DNA of 32,000 nucleotides from Zygophlyctis sp. KS116 (Eukaryota > Fungi > Chytridiomycota), in contig BAAFSQ010000073.1 in the NCBI GenBank assembly GCA_054661495.1, forward strand, positions 1 through 32,000, in the 5' to 3' direction. Within the stretch, counting starts at the first letter, position 1; each line of letters begins with the position of its first letter. The notes under the pieces were generated by a model. The model had not been told where the DNA came from. It saw only the letters and a program-made list of their open reading frames with translations, and did no database searches. Made by a program: the position numbers and the translations under genes. Below are positions 11,947 to 27,228 of the stretch, piece by piece.

Positions 11947-12978
11947 ATGATAAATTTATCTAATCAGTCACTCAAATCTCTTCCAGACATCCCTTTAGAA
12001 ATTTATAAACTAGATGCATCTAATAATCCATTTGAGGAATTAATATTCTCACAAAAACTTAATTTATCAATGTTGAATTTATCTAAAAATCAATTAAAAA
12101 GTGTAAAACAATTGGAAAACTTGGAAAATTTGACTGTTTTAAATCTATCTTATAATGCATTACAGGAAATTCCAATCGGATTACCGGTCAAGCTAAAAGC
12201 ATTGATTCTTAATAATAATCAACTCTCTAGCATTAAAAATCTCAAACTCTACAGTATAAACACTCTAGTGCTATCAAACAATCAAATTTGTCATTTTGAA
12301 AATGTTTATGGGCTAGGTCTAAAGAAATTGTCACTAGGGCATAATCTGTTGACAGAGTTTCCAAATTTAGAAACTAGTGATCTTCGAGAACTTAAAGTTA
12401 ATGATAATCAAATTTCTAGGGTAGATTTAGAACAGATCAAATTAATTCCAAAATTAGAAATTTTAGATTTGGGAAATAATTCAATCAAGGAGTTTAGAGA
12501 TATTATACATTTAATGTCTTTAAAATTAAGACAATTGAATTTAAAGGGAAATCCAATATGTCTTTTAAAGGATTATCAAGTCAAGATTAGGAAAATGTTG
12601 CCTAGTATTTGGGTTTTAGATGGTAAAAATATTAGAAATTTAGAAAAGTCTATACAGCACGTTCACGTACAAGATCAGAAAGTTAGTGACGCTGAAAAAC
12701 ATGACGTTCAAGATCAGAATGTGGAAATAAAAAAGAGAAAAAGGGAAAATATAGAGTCTATTCCTATAATAGAGTCTAAAATAGAATCTAAAATAGAATC
12801 TAAAATAGAGTCTCAAGCAGCAAACGATTTACTAGATTTAAAAATTCCGAAAAATTCGGGATTGTTATCTGTTTCACATTTTTCTAAAAAAGAAAATCAA
12901 GATGGGAAAAGAAAAGATAAAGAGGAACTTTTAAGGGTTTTGGAAGAGGAAAAGGAAGTTGAAGTTTTGAAATGGTAA
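11947..12978 (+). CDS. Intronless SDS22-like LRR protein with LRRcap and Lys/Glu-rich tail (possibly nuclear/nucleolar)
   Basis: Repeated LxLxxNxL/I units, LRRcap '[28 protein letters not shown]' and NLS-like KKRKR. The first ATG is at 11947. Confidence 0.75.
   Translation: MINLSNQSLKSLPDIPLEIYKLDASNNPFEELIFSQKLNLSMLNLSKNQLKSVKQLENLENLTVLNLSYNALQEIPIGLPVKLKALILNNNQLSSIKNLKLYSINTLVLSNNQICHFENVYGLGLKKLSLGHNLLTEFPNLETSDLRELKVNDNQISRVDLEQIKLIPKLEILDLGNNSIKEFRDIIHLMSLKLRQLNLKGNPICLLKDYQVKIRKMLPSIWVLDGKNIRNLEKSIQHVHVQDQKVSDAEKHDVQDQNVEIKKRKRENIESIPIIESKIESKIESKIESQAANDLLDLKIPKNSGLLSVSHFSKKENQDGKRKDKEELLRVLEEEKEVEVLKW
12769..12816 (+). repeat. 12-bp coding tandem repeat (ATAGARTCTAAA) x4 encoding [16 protein letters not shown]
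   Basis: Seen directly in the sequence. Confidence 0.9.
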
Positions 12979-13100
12979 AAATCTATAGTGTTTTTAAACA
13001 TGACTTAATAAATTCTCCTAATTCTCCTCCCAGGCACGACCGCGATTTCGATTTAATTTCTGCTGTAAAATATTTTAATCTTAATAATAGAACAATTAAA

Positions 13101-14439
13101 ATGAATGTGCTAAAAAGATTTCATAGAAAATTAACTTCAGGCTCTGGAATTCAAGGAGTCGGATTCAGCATGACTCCAGAACAAAAAGAATTACAGGAAC
13201 TCGCAAGGAAATTTACACTGCAAGAGATCATTCCTAAAGCTGCAGCTTACGATGTCTCTGGGGAATATCCAACAGATGTCTTGAAAAAAGCATGGGAAGT
13301 AGGACTTTTGAATACACATGTCCCAGAGAAATATGGAGGCCTTGGGCTTGGAGTCTTGGATTGTGCGATCGTCTCTGAAGAACTTGCATTCGGATGTACT
13401 GGGATTCAAACAGCTGCAGAAGCAAATGGTCTGGCTGTAATTTTACTTTTTCATCTTTAGGAAGCACCAGTGATTATTGCTGGTAATGATCAGCAAAAAA
13501 CAAAGTATTTGGGTCGAATGACTGAAGAACCACTAATGTGTGCGTACTGTGTGACTGAACCTGGGGCTGGAAGTGATGTCGCTGGACTTAAAACAAAGGC
13601 TGTGAAAAAGGTATGTTTAGAAATTAATTTTAGGGAAATTCTTGGGTTATTAATGGAAGTAAAATGTGGATTACTAATGGTGGTAAGGCTAATTGGTATT
13701 TTGTATTGGCCAAAACAGATGATAAAGCACATACTGGAAAGGCTTTTACTGGATTTATGTAATTTAAAATTTTTTCTTATTCTTAGTGTTGATGGAAATT
13801 CTCCTGGTATTTCTGTAGGTAAAAAGGAGTTGAATATGGGACAAAGAGCTTCTGATACTAGAGGTATCACATTTGAAGATGTAGAAGTTCCTGATGAAAA
13901 TCGTCTAGGAAATATTGGAGATGGTTTCAAGATTGCAATGGGTGCTTTTGATACTACTCGTCCATTAGTTGCAGCAGCAGCAGTTGGTTTAGCTAGAAGA
14001 GCTTTAGAAGAGGCTACTAAATATGCGCTTGGTATTTTATGATTTATAATGTTATAGAAAGAAAAACAATGGGTAAAGCTATTGCTGAGCATCAAGCTAT
14101 TGCATTTATGCTTGCTGATATGGCTATTGGAGTTGAAGCTGCTCGTGGATTAGTTTGGAAATCTTCTTGGTTGCGTGATAATGGACAACGCAACACATAT
14201 ATTGCGTCAATGGCAAAGGCATATGCTTCCGAAGTTGCCAATAAGAATGCTGCTGATGCAGTCCAAATCTTTGGTGGAAATGGATTCAATTCTGAGTATC
14301 CAGTTGAGAAACTTATGAGAGGTAAATTTCAATAACTTTACAAGTAGACGCCAAAATCTTTATGATTTATGAGGGAACTTCTCAGATTCAAAGACTCATT
14401 ATTTCAAGAGCACTTCTTGAACAAGCGAAAAACTCGTAA
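13101..14439 (+). CDS. ACADM: Mitochondrial medium-chain acyl-CoA dehydrogenase (6 exons)
   Basis: Motifs [42 protein letters not shown] and YEGTSQIQR, with a basic mitochondrial-type presequence. Introns 13437-13460, 13611-13633, 13759-13786, 14032-14057 and 14322-14347. Confidence 0.93.
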
Positions 14440-14449
14440 AATAAATCTA

Positions 14450-15528
14450 TTATGATTCTTTCTCTGAAGCCTTGGCAGCTTCCTGAGCCTTTTTCTTCGC
14501 TATAGCTTTTCTCTCTTCTTTAGTTTTTGGTTTCCTAAACTTTGCCCAAGGATCATTACTTTCTTCTTCTTCCACTTGTTTGATGATTCGTTTTGGTTTG
14601 AAAGGGATCTGAAATCCAGAGAGACATAGAGCAGTTTCCCAATCTGATTTTCCAGTGGTATGAATCAACAAATCAATATCAAAAAATAAAGGAAAAGAGT
14701 CAAAATGCGGCTCTATATCTGGGAAAAACCCGACAGCAGATTTTGGAATACGAATTGCAAGTGAACCATTATCATCACCAATTCCGTCAACACCATCCCA
14801 CTCTCTAATTCGAGGAAGTACTGTCATTGCCAACTTATCCAAAAATTCAAACATTGCTGGACCTATGTTTATGAGTATTATCTTTAAATTATACCTGATA
14901 ATTCAACTACAGCTCCTACTGGCATCCCTTCTCTAATACTTTTACTAGCATCTCCAACTTCTGCGAAAAGGGGTTGTGCATGAACTCCTGTAATACTTTG
15001 CAAAATCATTATTGCAGAGAGTAAAATCATCTTATTTTTAACAGCTTCATCAGACCAAATTTTTAAAATGATATTTCTAGGAATTGGCAGATTACTTGAA
15101 AGTGGCGACCAAGGTTTAGCAATCTTGACTTTATCATTTTCCCATTCTTCCTTTCTAACAATAGTGTAATCGATTGGATTATATAATCTTTTCCGATATT
15201 TTCTGGATTTCGTCTTGATCTTTGAAGTTGCATTTTCGAGCGTAAGTAAATTCGTAGTCACAGCTTCAGTATTTGTTGGTAATTTATCTAATCTCTGAGA
15301 ATATATTTTGTCAAGTGATGTAGGCGCTCTATTCCATTCCTGAGTCTTTGAAAGAAAATCTAAGTCAGCTTCGGGCGAATTATGATCATATGTCAAAATC
15401 ATCAAATCGTCTAATAAAGTGTTATAGTAATGTTCTTCCAATCTCGGCCTTAATGCACAAGAATATGCTGGGAGAATGGATGCATTAGAGGTCTTGGCTG
15501 ATAATAGCCGTTTGAACGATCGAATCAT
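14450..15528 (-). CDS. MRPL7: Mitochondrial ribosomal protein uL5m (MrpL7-like), 2 exons
   Basis: 'RLEEHYYNTLLDDLMILTYDH' and the L5 core 'IREGMPVGAVVELSGPAMFEFLDKL...VLPRIREW...FPDIE...LSGFQIPF'. Intron 14863-14894 (32 nt). Presequence MIRSFKRLL. Confidence 0.88.
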
Positions 15529-15648
15529 TTTCTTACGGTTGACCCTGAACTCTTGGCGCACCGTCAAATCAGTGTATATCTTCTTCATATTGACTTAATG
15601 ACTGCATTTACAAGAATATCTGTATTATTAAAACATCGACTTTCCCAT

Positions 15649-15658
15649 CTGACGTCAG
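15649..15658. promoter_or_regulatory. CRE/ATF-type palindrome CTGACGTCAG in a 137-bp divergent promoter
   Basis: Perfect 10-bp palindrome 7 bp upstream of ATG 15666. Confidence 0.5.
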
Positions 15659-15665
15659 TTTGCTC

Positions 15666-17345
15666 ATGAAATTTATTCATTTAATCATTGTTTGTATCGG
15701 GTTAGTGAGATCACAATCGGTCTTTAGAGGGAATCGGACATTCTATCCATCTCTCAAGCCAAGGCCTGAAGCGGCGCTTGCTGATATAAATTACGAAAAT
15801 AGTGGAAATGGAATTGTGACAATTCTAAATCCATACGCCAGAGCAGTGTCAAGTAATACAAAGAGTTTGCAGCAGCAAAGAGCTTTATGGGCATCGATGA
15901 ATCAGGTTAGAATATTATATAGGAATTTCAATGAGGCGGAAACATATGATGGTATTTTATTGCTGTTAATCGTCAGATTATGTAGATCAGGTATTAATGT
16001 CTTGTAATTTTTCTGAAACAACTTCATTTGATATTATTTGGGTTAATGCAAGTATGAATGGTGTTTTATCAAAATGTTTGCTTGATTTATATGCATGGGA
16101 TTTCAATATTGGAGATGGACATGATCCAAATATTTTATCTAATTCAATCGTTGAAAATAGGCTAGTAACACTGCCTTCAGGTATATATTTATATTTTGAT
16201 CTTTTTTAGAAGCTTCATTGTTGACTTTAGTCAGTAATCAATTCTTGTTGTTGAAATATGAGTATAGCGAAAATCCCAAATCATTGGATGAAATAGAGAC
16301 AATGTGCAATAGAATACTAATGAATGAAAAAGCTATGGATAATTACAAGATTACTTGTATCACGGGGGCTTTTGGGAATGTTAATGAGTTCTTTTCAATA
16401 ATTGTGACATGGTTGGCGTCTGTAAATGGCCAAATTATCAGTGGGAATAATGTGACAGTTTCTTCTGATGAAACAGCATCTATATTGAACAAGATTAATG
16501 ACTGGGTTGATAGCGGTATAATTCTACTCGATAATCTTGAAAAAAATTCAATAGAATCAACTTTAAGTCAATTTTCGGATGGTAATGCTGTATTTATGTT
16601 TGCGCAATTACCTCAAATCAATTACTTGAATCAGAATCCTCCATATTTTGAATGGAGTATTTCTCCATTTCCTGGAAGCAATTCTAATTTTATCGGTACT
16701 TTGAATGGATGGAGTCTTGGCGTTTATAAGTTTAGTAGAAATCCAACAGCTGCAATAAAAACGATCAAATGGATGACTTCTGAAGATACACAGAAAAATG
16801 CAATCTTATTATCAAACCCAGTGCTACTGCTACCAACTCGTCCCAAAATATACGAAAATTCAGAGGTTTGTAATTCAATGGGTCAGGATTTATGCAACAA
16901 ATTTTCAAAGATCACTCCAGTAATACCGCCTTGGCAGCTAGCAGGGAAAAAATTCTATAATATGTCGATCCTCGTGACTGAAATATTCAGAAATATTATA
17001 ATCAGAGAGATCGATGTAAATTCTGGGCTTGAAAATCTCTATCTAATTTTAAAATCTACATTTAATTTGGATGGCAAATTCGCCCAAATTGATGTACCAT
17101 TTAGACCGGTAAAAAAGGGGTATAGTCACTTGACTCTTCAGGTCTGGATCCTATCTGTGGTTTGCACTCTTATGACACTAATGGCAGTAGCTTATCGTCT
17201 GCGATACGCATATCTAGTCCGAAAACGCAATATGGAATCAGCCCAATCACCGGATAATCAGAAACCTCCTGAATTTTTGCAGATGGCTTCCCTGAAAGTC
17301 GGAAATTACAATTTCCATAAATTGGAAGAAGAAACAGATAACTAA
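15666..17345 (+). CDS. Type I membrane protein with a bacterial-type extracellular (sugar) solute-binding domain, 3 exons
   Basis: Signal peptide MKFIHLIIVCIGLVRS. MalE/SBP-like motifs 'FDIIWV', 'FSDGNAVFMF' and 'LNGWSLGVYKFSRNPTAAIKTIKWMTSEDTQK'. Single TM 'VWILSVVCTLMTLMAVAY' and a short tail. Introns 15952-15976 and 16181-16209. Confidence 0.72.
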
Positions 17346-17370
17346 TAGAGATTTATTTTGGGGAAGTTAA

Positions 17371-20974
<3,604 letters not shown>

Positions 20975-21047
20975 TTCTTAATGTAACGCGACCTTGACAC
21001 GCAAACAGCGTAGTTTGCAGTTAAGTATCAGCAAATTTGAAATTTTA

Positions 21048-22759
21048 TTAAACATCTAAACTGCAATCAAATGAATCATCAGAATCACATGTATTATGTG
21101 ATAGTAATCTTTCTGGACTGATAGTAATCGGTCCTTCAAACCACGTCTTGATTGACAAATTCCAAAAAATACTTGATAGGACTAGACACATACCAAGCAT
21201 TAAAGGAGTCCAATTAAATGAATCAATTATACTGTTAAAGTAATCCCAAGTAAATTCTAGAGGAGGAATGCTGAAAATAGGTAAAGAAAGAGATATCACA
21301 CAAATTATCAGCCAGAAAAGTGAGATTAGATTGATAAATTTTGACCAGGCTCCCATGGAAAAAGGTCCAGGAGAAAATGCTGAGCCTTGGTAAAAACGTA
21401 AAGAAATAGCTAGCATATATGATAAATAGGTTCCTTTATGATTAATAATTTTAATTACCGACTGTACCAACTGAATTAATAGCAGCATACAAACTAGCAC
21501 TATATATAGAAGGAAGAATAATCAATATATCCAAAATAACTATCAAGAGTATAATTCTAGTAGGAATTTGATGAGGATTAAGATGATGAAAAAAAAATGA
21601 AAATGGGAGCCCACCATCTCTAGAAAATGCATATGTCATTCTAGATTGTGATGCTATTATAGCATAAGGAACAGTAAAGACTAGTTTTAGTCTTTATAAA
21701 TTACCAGTAATTGTTAGAATAATTGTCTGCAATAGACCAATGTTGGGTCCTTGAGTAATCAAGAAAATGTCAGAAATAGTTGTGGTTGTAACGGGTGATT
21801 TTGAAATATCATAATAGTCAGATGGCGAAATAGGTGATAAAAAGATAATTATGCTTAGTAGCCCAATAGGAAACGCACATAGAATAGATGAAATAATTGA
21901 AATCGGAGCAGTGATTGATGCTCCAATAGTTTCTTCAGCGACTAATGCTGCTGAATCATAGCCTGTAAAAGTCATAGCTGCAGGTAAAAGTGATATAAAT
22001 AGAGCATAAGAGTCTGAAAATCCTGTCATATTTGACCAGCTTGAGAGTAATTCACTAAAACTTTGCGACTTTGAGCCTCTAAAAATTAAAAATATACATA
22101 TAGTCAATAAAAAGAAAATGACAAACATACCTAGAAATCCATGCTGTACCTCCTATATTGCATAATAGTCCTACAAGATTTATCCCCAAACATATTTTTG
22201 CCAACTTATCCAATGCTTTTGAACTCAAAGTATTCAAATATCCAGCAATAAAAAGACTGATCATTGATATAAGAACCACTATAGATCGATACTCTATGCT
22301 TGTAGTTGGCATTGTTTCTGCAGTGAGAATCCCCTTGATGTAAAGGCAAGAAGTAGCCAGCACACCGACTTCATATGCAGTACCAGCTCCCAGTCCCCAC
22401 ATCCCTATAAAACTAAATAGCCCAGCATAATAACTCATAAAAGGCCCCCATCCTCTGGGACTAAGTTTAGCTGCCCAATAGTAAACTCCTCCGCTTGTCG
22501 GATAAGCAGAAACTATTTCAGCTATGGATAATCCAACAAATAGAGAAGCTACTGAGACTATAGGCCATGTTATCAACAGTCCTCTTGGTCCTCCTGTTTG
22601 CAACCCAAGATATAGATAAGGAAGTAGAGATGCTGGAATCGACAGAATGGTAAATGCCAATCCAAAGTTTGAAAATGATGTCAAGGACCTCTGATACTCT
22701 TGCCGATATCCACAGATTTTTAATTCTTCCTCATCCGTTGAGACAGCACCATTTTCCAT
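21048..22759 (-). CDS. APC-superfamily amino acid/GABA/choline/polyamine permease, 4 exons
   Basis: 'GYRQEYQRSLTSFSNFGLAF', 'AEIVSAYPTSGGVYYW', 'GYDSAALVAEET', 'SRMTYAFSRDGGLPFS' and 'WFEGP'. Introns 22079-22130 (52 nt), 21681-21704 and 21434-21458. Confidence 0.9.
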
Positions 22760-22770
22760 CAAAGCCTTTG

Positions 22771-22779
22771 ATGACGTAA
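22771..22779. promoter_or_regulatory. ATGACGTAA bZIP (CRE-like) site just upstream of the permease ATG
   Basis: An identical 9-mer sits at 31034-31042, just upstream of the DUF1769 ATG. Confidence 0.45.
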
Positions 22780-23024
22780 GTTGCTGAAAAAAAGGTTTTT
22801 TGTTGAGATCGGGTTTAGATCATTCATACTCAAAGACAAGTTTATAAATGGATCTATAATGCTATTGGTGAGGCGTGGTTGGAAATGTTGGATTGAGGCT
22901 AATCCCTGAAAGAATGCGCTTGGCTGCTCTAGGGCAGCTGGATTGGGAACAAAAAACAAATTATTTTCGGACTAATGCATGATGGACAACCTTATCAGGA
23001 AAAATAATCAATCGCTCTGCATAT

Positions 23025-23051
23025 TTGGATACTTGGATACTTGGATTGGAT
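23025..23051. repeat. Short tandem repeat TTGGATAC-TTGGATAC-TTGGAT-TGGAT
   Basis: Seen directly, downstream of the P5B ATPase stop codon. Confidence 0.7.
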
Positions 23052-23076
23052 TTTATTCAAGTTCTAAAGGCGATTT

Positions 23077-26000
23077 TCAAAATCCGTAATAACGTCGAGT
23101 AGGAGTAGATGATAAAGGTGACATATCTATAGCATTGTATGGGTGGTTTCCTTCTTTTCGCAGCTGCATTTCTCGAACAACTCGATCTACAAAAATCCAT
23201 TCACAGGCAAGAGCAAATATAGCATCGAGTACTATAATCAAGAAGAGAACAAATCTGAAGATCATGGGGATACCTTTTTGTAATGAGAATACAGTTGAAA
23301 TGAATTCAAATGGTCTTGTGCTATCACCCAGAAGCAGTAATAATGATAAAACAATCGATATAAAGGCCAAGTAATTGATAAATGGAATATTTTTCCACAT
23401 TGGCAACTTGAAGTGGCTTGAAATCGAGAATGCCACAGCTACAATTACATATTGAAAATGACCAAAGAGCCAAATAACTGCATTTTCATGGGTTTTGGCA
23501 AGGCCTCCGTTGAAAACATCTCTTGAAGTATCGAATCTTTAAAATTAAATAACGAAAAGGACTTACTGATAGTCTGGGCATCCACCATTTATAGGTTGAA
23601 AATTGATGTCATAATGATCCTTGAAAGAACAGAACCAATTCTGAGTTGGGAAAATTGACATAACGGTCGTAAAAAATGTCAAGAATACCAAAATCTGTCC
23701 CAAAATTGATGATATCACTACAGAGGAAAAAAGGGTGTCTGGTGGTTTCTCTACTGACAATTCTCGGGCTGGCTCTGTCCAACAAATAAATACGCCTAAA
23801 AACAAAACAATCCCAAGATCATCCAGTAAGTATTCATTATTGGATATAGCTGATCCCAAATGGTAAAGGACTGCTGACATAGTTAATTGGATAATTGGAT
23901 AAAGTGTCATAAACTTAAATGCTGTGAATGAAGTTTCCAGAGCACAACGACCTTCTTTGATAATTTTAAGAATATCTGTGATATGTTTTTCCTGACTGGT
24001 GAATGGGGCGACTGTAGAAGCCTCAGCTCCAGACAGACCCACACCAACATGAGCAACTTTAAGGCCACCACAATCATTTGTACCTATTTAATTAATCGTT
24101 AAAAGAATACCATCCCCGCAAAATCCAACTACCTTTTCCATTGAAATCAACTTTTCTACCAAGAAAGCTTTGTGCTTTGGTTTAGCCCGGGCAAATATGT
24201 CGCATCGATCCATCACATAATTTAGAAGTAATTCATCGCCAGCTTCATGAATTATGTCCACTACTTCCCCTGTTGTAACAATCCTGGCAGAGAAAGGACA
24301 ATTTCTGAATTCTTTCTCAAGATCTTCTACAACTCGGCATGGGCGATAAGACGCTAATGCTAGTGAAGGTTTTTCTTCCACACTAAGTTCAAGTGGAATT
24401 CTTGATGTCACAAGAGTGCCATCTCTTGCTTCCAGTAATAATGCATCAGTTAACATTCCAATTTCACGAGCAACATGAATAGCATTCATAGAATTATCAC
24501 CAGTTATCATAATAGACCGAATATTAGCTTCCTGAAGAACACCAATTGTCGGAATACTTTCTGATTTGATTTCGTTGCTAAATAGAATAAATCCAAGAAA
24601 CTCAAGACCATTTTCAAGTTCATAGCGCTTTTTTCCTGGAGAACTCAGACCTTCGATTCTTTTTAAAGCACAGGCTATTACATAGTAACCTTCGAAAGCA
24701 TATTTCTTACTGATCAAGCCATAGTTCTCTGGAATGGTTTCAGGCCGGCAAATCGAGAGAATAGATTCTGCAGATCCTTTTGAAATAACGTAGTGATATT
24801 CTGCTGCCAGAGAATCCATTACTTGAACCGTTGCACGCTGTAATTCAGAATCAAAATCAAATCTTTGTATTACAAAGAGATCATCTCCTAGCTTGGCAGT
24901 GTTTTTCATTACCGCTTCTAATGGCAGATTCTGATCAAGTATATCGATTTCTCGATCCGTCTGGTCAACTTCATAGCCACAAGCAGTCACCATTTCAATA
25001 TCTAATGGATGACCCACCAGCTTAGACATAACCATATTGACAGAATGACATGTGGCCATAACCATTTCCATTCCTGGAGATAGCGTAGATGTGGATTGAA
25101 TGCCATTAAACGCTCCATTCCGGAACATATCAACTCCAGAAAAGGTAAGATTAGGAGAAGTAAGCGTCCCAGTTTTATCCCAGCACATTGTATCTATTCG
25201 TCCAGCAAAATAAATTCTATCAGGAATAATACAAAATATTTTGCTTTTTTTCAAGCGCTCAACTGAAAGAACTATACCAACAGTTAATACTAATGGCAGT
25301 GCAGGAGGAACTGCAATTGTTATCAAGTCTGCTGAAGTTAAAAGAGTGTCCCAGATTGTTTTCCCTTGGCCAAGTTGCTGAATAACCCGATTGACAAACG
25401 CAGTCAATCCAATCAATGCCAAAATTCCTAAAAAGGTCCAAGAGTCATGGTAAAACTTAAAGTCAAGCGGTTTGGGAAATAGAAGAGTCTTGAATAGGTC
25501 ACCTTTTGTACTAGAGAATCCGGTAGTGTATACCCTTCCTAAAGCAGGCTGACCACTCTTATCATTTTTGACCATCAAAATATCTGATCCAGCAAAAATA
25601 ATATTATTTTTAAAGTTTTCAGACTTGAACAGTTCAGTGTTATTTGGAAGTGTATTTTTCACAACTGGAATCGATTCCCCAGTTAGAGAAGTCTCATCTA
25701 CAATAGCCTGTCCTTTAATAACAATAATATCTCCTGTGACATTTTTCATATCTGAAAGCACAATTATATCCCCAATCACCACATGTGATGCATGTATTTT
25801 TTGGCTCTAATAATAAGATTCGATTCTGAACCTACCTGTGTATCACGGATAACGGTAACATCTCCTTGAGGAGGTATAAGTTCTTTGAGATTTTTCTCCG
25901 CCTTCTTCAACAAGTATATCTCATTTGCAATTGATCCTATAGAAGAGCACAAAATCACAAAAGCAAAAGTAAAATATCCTGCAACATTAAATGTCAATAA

Positions 26001-26497
26001 TTACCGGTTCTAATCCAAATAAATACTGATAAAGACTGAAAAATGTAGAATGGATGTGAAATTTTTGCAGCTATTAGTTCACTGATTGGTTTTTCTTCTA
26101 TATCTAGAGTGTTATAACCATATTTAGTAAGCAATTCTTTAGCATCTTGACTAGTAATTGCCCCTTTTCGAACCATTTCTTGACAAGAACCAGACATTTG
26201 TGCAGCCAATGGTACAAATTTATTGTTTTCGATAACATAACGCTGTTTCTTGTATTCAAAGTATTTCATTTCTTTGTTATCAATGGTTACTATCGACACA
26301 TCAGCTTCACTATAAGAGCCTTCATCATGAATGCCTATCAACTCTGCGACTGATAATTCTGTTTTCTGCCTTGCAAGAATAACAAACAGTAACGGCTTCC
26401 AGAAACAGATAAGGGGAAATATTCCAAAAGTGCTTATTGATAGAAGCATATACAAAGATGCTCCTATATTGTTTCTTTTGTATCCATAGACTTGCAT
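23077..26497 (-). CDS. P5B-type ATPase (ATP13A2-5/Ypk9 family), 5 exons
   Basis: LTGES, PPALP (P5B signature), DKTGTLT, MITGD, FCGDGTNDCG and FKFMTLY. Introns 25979-26004, 25807-25835, 24084-24110 and 23537-23566. Confidence 0.92.
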
Positions 26498-26690
26498 TTC
26501 CTTTTTGATTTATGTGTTTGTTTACACGCCACAATTCGTGGACGATCTGATCTACTGATCACTTGTAAACAATCAACGATGCACAACTATAACAACAAAG
26601 AGAAAACACGAATACAGGATTACAGAAATTAACTATAAATATGCATACATTAAAAGTGTCCAATAGTGATCGCAAGGTCAAGGATCATTC

Positions 26691-26957
26691 ATGAAATCAT
26701 CGCTTCAGGTAGGAGGACTCCCCATGATTGCTTCTGTACTATTAGGGACATGGGGGCTAACTAGGATACAGCAAGCAAAGTTTGATGCTAGAGACACAAA
26801 GAAGCATGTAGCATCTAAAAGGGAAAAAATGGGAATTTCAGCTCAGCCGATCGATCCACAAGAGATTTATTTTGTAATTTGCTTTTACTAATATCAGAGA
26901 CTGGCTCCTGATATGGATCAAGATTGGGATTTTGTTAGGGTGAAGAGGCCAGAGTGA
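26691..26957 (+). CDS. COX16: Cytochrome c oxidase assembly factor Cox16, 2 exons
   Basis: 'GLPMIASVLLGTWGLTRIQQAKFD...QEIYFRL...DWDFVRVKRPE'. Intron 26874-26897 (24 nt) has a TACTAA branch-like site. Confidence 0.8.
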
Positions 26958-27228
26958 TTGTTGACACCAAGTGCATTAAGATTTAGAGGTTGAACATTGC
27001 TGGATAAGATAAATGCATCTAGAAATACCTTTAATAATTCAGACTTTCTGGAATGATTGCATCGTTTTTGTATGATAAAATACATTATCCATTATTAATT
27101 ACATTTTATTTATTGTACGCAGAGTAATTCAGTTATAACAATTCAACTGATAAATCATTAGATCCAATTGATTCGAGAAATCAAAAGATCTGCAGCGCAT
27201 TTCTCCGTCATCAGTCACGAACTTCAAG

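Noticed and set aside
12972-13100. Apparent overlap of the ACADM ORF with the LRR gene end
   Set aside because: The downstream ATG at 13101 gives a mitochondrial-type presequence. The extension looks like intergenic/promoter DNA.
13490-14095. Antisense ORFs over conserved genes (also 4264-4651, 5951-6256, 17557-18051, 23135-23374, 25568-25810, 29954-30235)
   Set aside because: These are shadow frames of real coding sequence with no recognisable motifs.
15906-15922. Possible 17-nt intron GTTAGAATATTATATAG
   Set aside because: Removing it gives an immediate stop (GAA TTT CAA TGA), whereas the unspliced frame is open.
22759-22959. 66-aa minus-strand ORF upstream of the permease
   Set aside because: Non-ATG start and no recognisable features.
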